A stretch of 64,000 bases of DNA from Candidatus Binatia bacterium (GTDB lineage: Bacteria; Desulfobacterota; Binatia; UBA9968; JAJDTQ01), in the NCBI GenBank assembly GCA_963666515.2, contig OY762897.2:3968001-4032000 (forward strand), read 5' to 3'. Below are positions 36,391-44,110 of this stretch, piece by piece. Each line of letters begins with the position of its first letter. The first letter of the stretch is position 1. Both the position numbers and the translations under genes were made by a program. The notes under the pieces were generated by a model. The model was not told where the DNA came from. It saw only the letters and a program-made list of their open reading frames with translations, and searched no databases.

Positions 36391-37910
36391 CGCTCCAACG
36401 TCCGGCAGAGACCGAGCCCTGTGAACCGGCCCGCTCCGAGAAGGACAGGACCAACCAACTCCCGCTCAAAGTCGATGACAGCATGGATCAATTGCCGGCT
36501 CCCCAGCGATTTGGGCGCCTTCCAGCGGGTCCACGGCGGCTCGCCTGCCAACGGCCGCGCGGGCGGTGCCCCTTCAATAGCCGAATGCTTGCTGACTCGG
36601 ATCCGGTCGGGCTTTGGGCGTGGCAGCCCGGCGTTCTCACACGCACGGGCGACAAGCTCGCGAATCTCCGAGTCGTCCCCGCGCTTCAAGTGGCGTTCCA
36701 GCACGATGGGCGTCACGCTGGCCCAAAGGCGCGACTTTTTCAGGTAGGGATAGGGGGAAAGCGACCATTTTCGCGTTTCGGCCCCAGATGCGGGTGCGAG
36801 GTCCACAGGCCCATGCAGAGGCGATCCTTGCAAGGTCAGAATACGCCGTTGCCTGTCAGGATGATAAGGCGCCACTTTCTCGAACGCCGCTCGGAAACCA
36901 TCGAGGCCGCGGAGTGTCTCACCCTGCGGCGGTATCAGGGCGAAACCGAAGACGCGGCCGTCGGCATAGGGTGAGCCGACGAAGGCCATAGGGACAATGG
37001 CCAGATGGGGTTGTCGTGTCGGCGCATCGTCAGGCCTGTGCCCAGACACGATCTCGGGAATGTTTTCTCCCCGCCCCACCTTCCGATAACCGCCCATGAG
37101 GGCCTGTCGCAACAGGCGGCAAACCAGAGCTGCCGCCCGGATATCTGGAACATCGCCTTCGACCGCCTCCAGGACCAGCCATTCAGCCAGCGGCTCCGGC
37201 ACGGAAGGTTCCTCGACGAAAACCGGCGTCCCAGGTCGTATCGCGGGGCGCTCCGGGTTTTCGCGATGCGCCTCCTCCAGTTCGTGCAAACGGCCCGGAT
37301 AGACGCGCCGGCGTGCTCTTGTGGGAGGATGTTTCTGATTGCAGGTATCTCCCGGAACAAACCGGCACCTCGTCAGACTCGCCGAGTGGCCGATGTATCC
37401 CACGCACTCGGCGACGTTGTTCAAGTCGTTGAGTACACCGGCATCCGGTTCGGCTGGCCAGACCAACTTTAGGACCGGGTCGTCAGGCCGGGCAACTGGG
37501 AATTGGCGTTCCTTTCGTTGCCGAAATTCCGGGAATGTAGAAAGCGCCTGTCTCCAAATGCGCTGGTGACCCCCCTTTTCGGGAGGGCGCTTCCCAAGGG
37601 CAAGGAAGTCACGAAACCACCTCTGCTTATCGAGGTCGTTTTTCGGCGTTTGGAAGTCGTTCGGTGGCACGAACACGTCAGGCGTTGTCCTGGGCAAATG
37701 ACCGCTCGCGAAAATAGTCGGCGACGGCTGTGCTTCCAGCCATTCAAGGGCCGCCCGTTCCTGCGCCTGTTCGCCGCGGGTCCCCCAAGCGGAAACCAGC
37801 GCCGAAAACACCCGGTCCGGTTGCAGCGGCCAGTCGGGCGCGTCGTCGCCGGGCTCACGCGCGGCGCGGCAGACACCGGTGAGGAACTCGATCTCAAGAA
37901 TGAGGCTCAT
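36387..37910 (-). CDS. csb2: Type I-G Cas5/Cas6 fusion Csb2
   Basis: DWPLQPDRVFSALV, YIGHSAS, WASVTP and the C-terminal G-rich GPVLLGAGRFTGLGLC loop. Confidence 0.92.
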   Translation of the reverse strand: MSLILEIEFLTGVCRAAREPGDDAPDWPLQPDRVFSALVSAWGTRGEQAQERAALEWLEAQPSPTIFASGHLPRTTPDVFVPPNDFQTPKNDLDKQRWFRDFLALGKRPPEKGGHQRIWRQALSTFPEFRQRKERQFPVARPDDPVLKLVWPAEPDAGVLNDLNNVAECVGYIGHSASLTRCRFVPGDTCNQKHPPTRARRRVYPGRLHELEEAHRENPERPAIRPGTPVFVEEPSVPEPLAEWLVLEAVEGDVPDIRAAALVCRLLRQALMGGYRKVGRGENIPEIVSGHRPDDAPTRQPHLAIVPMAFVGSPYADGRVFGFALIPPQGETLRGLDGFRAAFEKVAPYHPDRQRRILTLQGSPLHGPVDLAPASGAETRKWSLSPYPYLKKSRLWASVTPIVLERHLKRGDDSEIRELVARACENAGLPRPKPDRIRVSKHSAIEGAPPARPLAGEPPWTRWKAPKSLGSRQLIHAVIDFERELVGPVLLGAGRFTGLGLCRTLER

Positions 37911-39175
37911 TCTTGGCCCTCGTCCTCGCCCCCCTCGCCTTTCAGTGCCAGTTCACGGCTGCGGCGGACGATCTCGACCAGCTTATCCTGCGGCTTCAAC
38001 GTGAGCGAGCGGAACCGAAAGCCCGCGCTTTCGGCATTTCCATACGCTTCCCGATATAGAGCCAGCGCCGACTGGCGGTCAGATTCGACAGCCTCCGTGG
38101 AGCCGTCTGAATGAACGAGCTCGAGTGGTGCGGTGTCGCTACCGACAAGGTCGCAGCGTGAGCGTAACGCGTAGCCGCGCACGTCCTGCTCGGCCAGCGC
38201 CAAGAGCCCCAGAGATGCCACTAGTGCACGTCCTGCGGTGTCCCTTTCGCCGCCGCCGAAGCGCAACCGCCGGAGTCCAGCCAAGGTAATCGTCGCTCGA
38301 TGTTCGGCGTAATCGCACGTAACGCCAAGAGGCTCAACCGTGGGCGCTATGTTGCCGTGGTTGATCTCGGAGGGGCGGACTTTCTTCGCCCCCTTACCGG
38401 CTGCGGTCTGGTCCGTGTTCCAGTCGCCGACCGAAGCGCCCTTGAAGATTTCCACCTTTCGCAGGACTCCCAATGAGTCCATGCGGCTTCCGGTGCGGCG
38501 CCCAGAGGTTCGTACATGTGTTTCGCCGGGGCGTAGGTCCCCTGTCGTCACCTCTACAGGGGTGTCGATGGCCATGATCTCGGAGACAAGCACGCGCGGA
38601 AACTTTGCGCCGAGACCGCCGCCTTCGCCTTGGCTATGCCAAGCGCCAAACAGAAGTGCCGTGGGGCAAAGCTCTAGCAGCGCTGTAGCGTCGGACGGTT
38701 TCGCCGCGGCAAGGCGGTGACCTTCGTCGCTTTGCATGAAGGAAACACCGTCCAACAGACTGTCCCGCAGGACGGCGTCGTAGACCCGGTGTGGCGCGTC
38801 CAACGACGTGACACGCTCCAACGGCTCCAGCCCTGCTTGGCGAAAATCGACAGTGACGTACGGCAACGGTACTTTCCTACCGTTGTCGTGTTCGTCGGCG
38901 GCTGCCAGGAGCGCCTCTTCCAGTCGGTTGGCTTGGCTTTGGACGCTGTCAACTAAAACGCACCAGATTTCCCTGCCATCAATGCGCCGAAGCTCGAACA
39001 CATGGCGCGGCGGCGTACCCCGCGGGGCATTCCGTTCAGGCGGATAGGTTGGCGGGAATATCTTGTCGCCCTTGCCGCCCACCGGCTGAAGCCGTCGGAT
39101 GCGGCGAAACGCGGCGTCCTCGCCAACGGAGGTGTTCAGTGCTTGAAGATCAATCATTGTTTTTCGTGCCTCCAT
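37907..39175 (-). CDS. csb1: Type I-G Cas7 backbone Csb1
   Basis: KIFPPTY, VDSVQSQANRLEEAL, PHRVYDA, PTALLFGAW, HGNIAP and LRSRCDL motifs. Start is 39175 or 39157. Confidence 0.93.
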   Translation of the reverse strand: MEARKTMIDLQALNTSVGEDAAFRRIRRLQPVGGKGDKIFPPTYPPERNAPRGTPPRHVFELRRIDGREIWCVLVDSVQSQANRLEEALLAAADEHDNGRKVPLPYVTVDFRQAGLEPLERVTSLDAPHRVYDAVLRDSLLDGVSFMQSDEGHRLAAAKPSDATALLELCPTALLFGAWHSQGEGGGLGAKFPRVLVSEIMAIDTPVEVTTGDLRPGETHVRTSGRRTGSRMDSLGVLRKVEIFKGASVGDWNTDQTAAGKGAKKVRPSEINHGNIAPTVEPLGVTCDYAEHRATITLAGLRRLRFGGGERDTAGRALVASLGLLALAEQDVRGYALRSRCDLVGSDTAPLELVHSDGSTEAVESDRQSALALYREAYGNAESAGFRFRSLTLKPQDKLVEIVRRSRELALKGEGGEDEGQE

Positions 39176-39198
39176 GTTCTTGACTTAGGATGAGAGAG

Positions 39199-39255
39199 AA
39201 GATAATCCTACAGAGGACTAATGTCAATCCCTAAAAACCCTACAAAAACAATAAA
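39199..39255 (-). promoter_or_regulatory. Sigma-70 promoter of the cas operon with adjacent crRNA target site
   Basis: Minus strand TTGACA (39227-39222)-17 nt-TATCTT (39204-39199); the upstream T-rich tract 39236-39252 matches the mini-array spacer. Confidence 0.75.
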
Positions 39256-39271
39256 CTTTTCTTGCTCTATA

Positions 39272-39379
39272 TTCGGGCTAACCGGGAGGAGTGGGCTGCA
39301 TTGCAGGATTGTATTTGTGGGGTTAAAGGTGTGCCCTGTGCGCATGCTTCCGGGTCGTAAGGCCCGGCTTCATTGGTGT
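39272..39379 (+). ncRNA. Degenerate single-spacer mini-CRISPR (crRNA-like regulatory RNA, CreA/CreR-like)
   Basis: Pseudo-repeat 1 ends ATTGCAGG (39300-39307; canonical ATTGAAGC); 38-nt spacer at 39308-39345; pseudo-repeat 2 GCTTCCGGGTCGTAAGGCCCGGCTTCATTGGTGT (39346-39379) keeps the repeat hairpin and the TCATTG tail. Confidence 0.72.
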
Positions 39380-39409
39380 TGTCACGCCTTGGCCGACGGC
39401 GATTGGGTT

Positions 39410-39697
39410 TTACTTGCTCGGTGTCGTGCGTTTCTTTGCAAATATTTCGCCTGCAACTCGATCCACTTCTACCTTGGTCTGTCGCAGTAACTCGATTTCG
39501 TCTGGCGTCAACATTCGGGGAGCAGGTGATTTGCCGAGCCTCCGGTTGAGCAGGTCGATCGACGGCGTGGCCGAAACCCCTGTCTCCTCGTTGCTTGAAG
39601 ATTGGTCCTTATCGTTACCCGAACTCACGCGTCCCCTCCCGTAGTGCCCCCACTCACCCCTCCGCCACCTCCACCGACGCCAAGTTTCGCGCCTCAC
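39410..39697 (-). CDS. Small hypothetical protein (start uncertain)
   Basis: The C-terminal RMLTPDEIELLRQTKVEV looks protein-like; the 5' part overlaps the ATPase gene. Confidence 0.35.
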   Translation of the reverse strand: MRRETWRRWRWRRGEWGHYGRGRVSSGNDKDQSSSNEETGVSATPSIDLLNRRLGKSPAPRMLTPDEIELLRQTKVEVDRVAGEIFAKKRTTPSK

Positions 39698-41197
39698 TGC
39701 TGAACTCGACGGTGACCAAGTGGATGGGCTGGTTCAAGTGCTGGTACTTGTCGGCGTATCCTCTCTCTTTCAGTTGGGCCATTGCAGCGCCCTTGGGCGC
39801 CAGCTCCATCACCTTGAACTCGAAGAGGTAGACGTTGCCGTTGAAGCGCACGGCCATGTCGAGGCGGCCGTGGCTGCTGCTGTCCTCCACCGTCACGTCG
39901 AGTCCGAGAGCGGCGAACCAGGAATAGAACACGCTGGCGTAGTAGCCTTCGTAGTTGGCGATGTCGTTGTTGGTATGCCACTCGTACGGGATGCTGGCGA
40001 AGAACGAGCGGAACAGCGCTTCCAGTCCGGCGAAGTCGTTGGCCGAGAGCAGTTCGTACAGACGGATGTCGTGCCGCCCCTGCCGGGAGGCGTCCGGCCC
40101 CATGGCGCGCAACAGGTGCTCGTTCAGGCTCTGCTTGACCTCCCTGTTCGGATAGCCCAGGCGGTAGAGGGTCTTGCCGCCCAGGTTCTTCTCTTCCAGG
40201 ATCGTCAGGTAGCCGGTCTGGAACAGCAGCGCCTCGGTCGCCATGTCGTCCACGTCGAACTTCGACAGCAGATCGTCGGTGCCGACCATGTCTTCGAGGG
40301 CCGGCGCGCCCAGCCGCCGCTCGAACAGCGTCTTGATGAGAAACGACGGAGACCCGGTTTCAAACCAGTGGGCCTTGTACTCGCGGCTGTCCAGCAACAG
40401 CAGGATGTCGAACGGGTTGTAGACCTTCTCGTAGCCGCGCCAACTGTAGCCGTTGTACCAGTCGCGGATCTCGTCGCGCTGGAGTCCGGGAAGCTCCGGT
40501 GCGAACACGGTGTCGAGGTCGGCGTCCGTGTAGCCGCATATGGCGGAATAGCGCGGGTCCATGGTGAGGTCGGCGAGGTTGTTGAGACCGGAGAACAGGC
40601 TCACCTTCGAGAACTTGCTGACGCCGGTGACGAACGTGAACCGCACGTGCGCGTCGTGGTCCTTGATGGCCGCGTAGAGGCCGCGCAGGAAGTCGCGGTT
40701 CGCCTCGGCCACTTTCGGCGCGTCCAGGGCGTCAGGATGGGCTTGTCGTATTCGTCCACCAGCACCACCACCGGCTGCCCGGCCTGGACGTGCAACGCTT
40801 CCAGCAGAGCGCCGAGCCGCCCCGCCGCGGTGCCGTATTCGAGGACCACGCCGGCGCGCCGCTCGATTCCGGCAAGCTGTTCCATGAGGCTCGCTTCGAC
40901 CTGCCCCGGTTCCTTGTAGCTGCCGCCGCCGAAGCTGAGGCGCAGGATCGGGAAACGCGTGGACCAGTCCCAGCGGTCATGGATGTAAAGCCCCTTGAAC
41001 AGCGGCTCGTTGGCCTCGAAAAGCTCCTTCAGCGTATCGAGGAACAGGCTCTTGCCGAATCGTCTGGGCCGGGAGAGAAAGTAATGTTTCCCGGCCGTGG
41101 CCAGCCTTTCGACGTACGCGGTCTTGTCCACGTAGTAGCAGTCCCGCTCCCGAAGCTCGCGGAACGTCTGCATGCCGATGGGAAGCCGGCGTTTCAT
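39654..41197 (-). pseudogene. AAA-ATPase-like + PD-(D/E)XK nuclease (family 9) protein, split by a 1-nt frameshift near 40733
   Basis: LPIGMQTF, YYVDKT, RPRRFGKS and DEYDKP in ORF 40601-41197 continue into FVTGVSKF, WYNGY, YNPF, EGYY and GRLDM..FEFK in ORF 39654-40712. Confidence 0.85.
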
Positions 41198-41306
41198 GGG
41201 CGGTCATTCACGAAGGCACGAAGTCGGCACGGATGCTTCATCCGTCGTTTCATCCCTCGTGTCATTACTACCCGGTTCGGTAAGGAATTCAATCTTGGAC
41301 GGCCCG

Positions 41307-42335
41307 TCACGGAGCGCCGTCCACCCGCGCAACCCTGACCGTCCGCCCCGTCGCCAGCGACTCCGCCGCGGCGTCGGCGATGGCCAGCGCCGCCAGACCG
41401 TCCTGCCCGTCCGGGTAGGCTGCGTCGCCGCCCCTAACGACGGTGCAGAACGCGGCGATCTCCAGGCGGTAGGCGTCGGCGTACCGGTCCGTGAAGAAGT
41501 CGTTCAGCGGGTCGGTGGCGAAGCCGGAGCGGTCGGCGCGGGTGACGGTGCTGTGCACGGGATTGCCCGCGGACAGCATTCCCTCGGCGCCGTGGACTTC
41601 GATGCGCTGGTCGTAGCCGTAGCTGGTGCGGCGCGAGTTGGAGATGACGCACAGGCGGCCGCCGGCCGACTGCAGGACCGCCACCGCGGTGTCTACGTCG
41701 CCGGCGTTGCCGATGGCCGGGTCGACGAGGGCGGACCCGGTGGCGGTGACCTCGACGATGGGTTCGCCCACCAGGAACCGCGCCATGTCGAAGTCGTGGA
41801 TCATCATGTCCCGGAAGAGGCCGCCGGAGCGTTGGATGTACGCCATCGGCGGCGGCGCCGGGTCGCGCGAGGTGATCTGCACCAGCTCGACCGCGCCGAC
41901 GCGGCCGGCGTCGATCTCGTCGTGCAGGCGCCGGAACGACGGGTCGAACCGGCGATTGAATCCGGTCATCAGCGGGACTCCGCAACGGATCGCGGCGGCC
42001 ACGGCCCGCCGCGCACGTGACAGGTCCAGGTCGAGGGGCTTCTCGCAGAAGATCGCCTTGCCCGCTTCCGCGGCCTTCTCGATCAGATCGGCGTGCAGGT
42101 CGGTGGGCGCGGCGATGAGGACGCCTTCGATGGCGGGATCGCCCAGCACCTCCTCCGCGGATGCCGTGCGGGCGCCGGTCATGCCGGCGACCGATTCGGC
42201 CGCGGCCCCGTCCGGGTCGGCCACGGCCGCCAGCCGTGCGCTCCCCATGTCCGCGACGGATCGCGCGTGGATGCGTCCGATGCGGCCGGCGCCCAGGAGC
42301 CCCAGCGTGACGGGCGCGCCGGTCCCGGCCGTCAC
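41307..42335 (-). CDS. iolG: Inositol 2-dehydrogenase
   Basis: GAGRIG, CEKP, GFNRRFDP, DMMIHDFD and YGYDQRIE motifs. Confidence 0.92.
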   Translation of the reverse strand: MTAGTGAPVTLGLLGAGRIGRIHARSVADMGSARLAAVADPDGAAAESVAGMTGARTASAEEVLGDPAIEGVLIAAPTDLHADLIEKAAEAGKAIFCEKPLDLDLSRARRAVAAAIRCGVPLMTGFNRRFDPSFRRLHDEIDAGRVGAVELVQITSRDPAPPPMAYIQRSGGLFRDMMIHDFDMARFLVGEPIVEVTATGSALVDPAIGNAGDVDTAVAVLQSAGGRLCVISNSRRTSYGYDQRIEVHGAEGMLSAGNPVHSTVTRADRSGFATDPLNDFFTDRYADAYRLEIAAFCTVVRGGDAAYPDGQDGLAALAIADAAAESLATGRTVRVARVDGAP

Positions 42336-42402
42336 GTCGAGTCCCGCCGACCCATCCCGGCACGCCGGGACGGATCCCTTCCAGAGGCTCCGGTCACGTC
42401 CG

Positions 42403-43212
42403 TCACTTCGAGTCCCGCTGGAAGATCCAGTCGTGGTCGGGATGGTTCCTGAACCGCCACTGGCGCTTCGGGCCCGCCATGACGTTCAGGTAGTACATGT
42501 CGTAGCCGTAGGGCGCGCCGCACGGATGGTGCCCGCGCGGCACCAGCACGGTGTCGCCGTCGGACACCGCCATGGTCTCGTCCAGCTCGCCGTCCTCGGT
42601 GAAGACCCGCTGGAAGCCGAACCCCTGGGGCGGGTTGATGCGGTGGTAGTAGGTCTCCTCCAGGTAGGTCATTTCCTCGCCCTGGTCGCTGTCGTGACGG
42701 TGCGGCGGATAGCTCGACCAGTTGCCCTGGGGCGTGAACACCTCGGTGATCAGCAGGCTGTCGGCGATGTCGGCGTCATCCATGGCGATGGGGTGCACGT
42801 AGCGCGTGTTGGCGCCCTTGCCGCGTTCCAGGACGGGAATGCTCTCCGGGTCGATGGCCGCTGCCCGGTGCCCGCCGAAGCCGGGCGCCGAGCACACCGC
42901 GATGGTGCAGGCGGTGACCGCACGTGCCGACCAGGACGTCCCGTTGGGAACATAGACCGCGTACGGCTTCGTCTGCTCGAACACGCTCATGCGCTCGCCC
43001 TGGACGCCGAAGTCGGCCTCGGGGGTGGACAGGTTCGCCTTGCCTTCGACCATCACCAGGATGACCTCGCGCTCCCCGGTGGCCTCCCCGGCCGTCTCCC
43101 CCGTCTTCAACGCGTAGACCGCGAACCCGACGTACCGCCACCCGGCGTCCTCGGGCGTGATGTCAATGATCTTGCCGGTGGTCCCCGACGGTTTTCGCAA
43201 CAGACTGGTCAT
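42403..43212 (-). CDS. iolB: 5-deoxy-glucuronate isomerase
   Basis: ITPEDAGWRYVGF, GNWSSYPPHRHD, LEETYYH and YYLNVMAGP motifs. Confidence 0.93.
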   Translation of the reverse strand: MTSLLRKPSGTTGKIIDITPEDAGWRYVGFAVYALKTGETAGEATGEREVILVMVEGKANLSTPEADFGVQGERMSVFEQTKPYAVYVPNGTSWSARAVTACTIAVCSAPGFGGHRAAAIDPESIPVLERGKGANTRYVHPIAMDDADIADSLLITEVFTPQGNWSSYPPHRHDSDQGEEMTYLEETYYHRINPPQGFGFQRVFTEDGELDETMAVSDGDTVLVPRGHHPCGAPYGYDMYYLNVMAGPKRQWRFRNHPDHDWIFQRDSK

Positions 43213-44110
43213 GGGTGTCCTCCAACCCCGCTTCCCGCGCCATCGCGCGAAGGGTATCGAGTGCCAAAGTCTGATAATACACCGGATCGCGTTGCGCAGG
43301 ATCCTGCTCGGCCTCCGCTATCAGCCAACCGGAGTAGCCGTGCCCGGCCGCAATGCGCAGCACCGCGGGGAAATCCACGCACCCTTCGTCATCGCCCGGA
43401 ACCGTGAACACGCCGAGCCGGACGGCCTGGAGGAACGACAGCCCTTCCGCAAGAGCCTTTTCGCGAACCGCGGGCCGGACATTCTTCGCATGGATATGGA
43501 CGACGCGGTGCATGTACCGTTCCGCCAGGGCCACCGGATCGGCGTTCGCGAAGGCCGCGTGCCCGGTGTCCAGCAGCAGCTTGGTGTTCGGCCCGGCATG
43601 CGCCATGAACGTCTCGATGTCCTCCACGGTCTGGACCACCGTGCCCATGTGGTGATGATAGGCCAGGTGGACGCCCCGGTCGCGGCAGTGCTCGGCGATG
43701 GCCTCGACATCGGCGCAGAAGCCGCTCCAATCGTTGGCCGCGAGCTTCGGCCGCTCCCACAGAGGCGTGTCGGCTTCGCCGTGAACCGCGCTGGTGGTTT
43801 CGCACGCGATGCACACCGAGCACCCCAACGCCGCCAGCACGTCGAGGTGCGGCTGAATCGCCTCCTTTTCCTCCTCCACCGACCGTTCGAGCAGCTTCAA
43901 CGAGTGCCACCCCGACACGTACGCCAAGCCGTAGGGCTTGAGGGCCGCCTCCAGCGCAGTCGCCTCGGAAGGGAACTTGTGGCCCTTCTCGATCCCCTCG
44001 AAGCCGATGCGGCTCGCGTCGCCCAGACACCGCTCCAACGGGATGTCTCCCCCCAGGCTCCGGTCGTCGTCGTTGGACCAGGCGATGGGGTTGGTGCCGT
44101 ACCGGATCAC
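43163..44110 (-). CDS. iolE: myo-inosose-2 dehydratase
   Basis: GTG start, IRYGTNPIAWSNDD, YHHHMGT, DTGH, FTVPGD and EAEQDP motifs. Confidence 0.92.
   Translation of the reverse strand: MIRYGTNPIAWSNDDDRSLGGDIPLERCLGDASRIGFEGIEKGHKFPSEATALEAALKPYGLAYVSGWHSLKLLERSVEEEKEAIQPHLDVLAALGCSVCIACETTSAVHGEADTPLWERPKLAANDWSGFCADVEAIAEHCRDRGVHLAYHHHMGTVVQTVEDIETFMAHAGPNTKLLLDTGHAAFANADPVALAERYMHRVVHIHAKNVRPAVREKALAEGLSFLQAVRLGVFTVPGDDEGCVDFPAVLRIAAGHGYSGWLIAEAEQDPAQRDPVYYQTLALDTLRAMAREAGLEDTHDQSVAKTVGDHRQDH

Noticed and set aside
39271-39299. GGGAGGAG Shine-Dalgarno-like tract before the mini-array as a CreT-like RNA toxin
   Set aside because: No well-spaced ATG plus rare-codon minigene or clear hairpin is visible; insufficient support.
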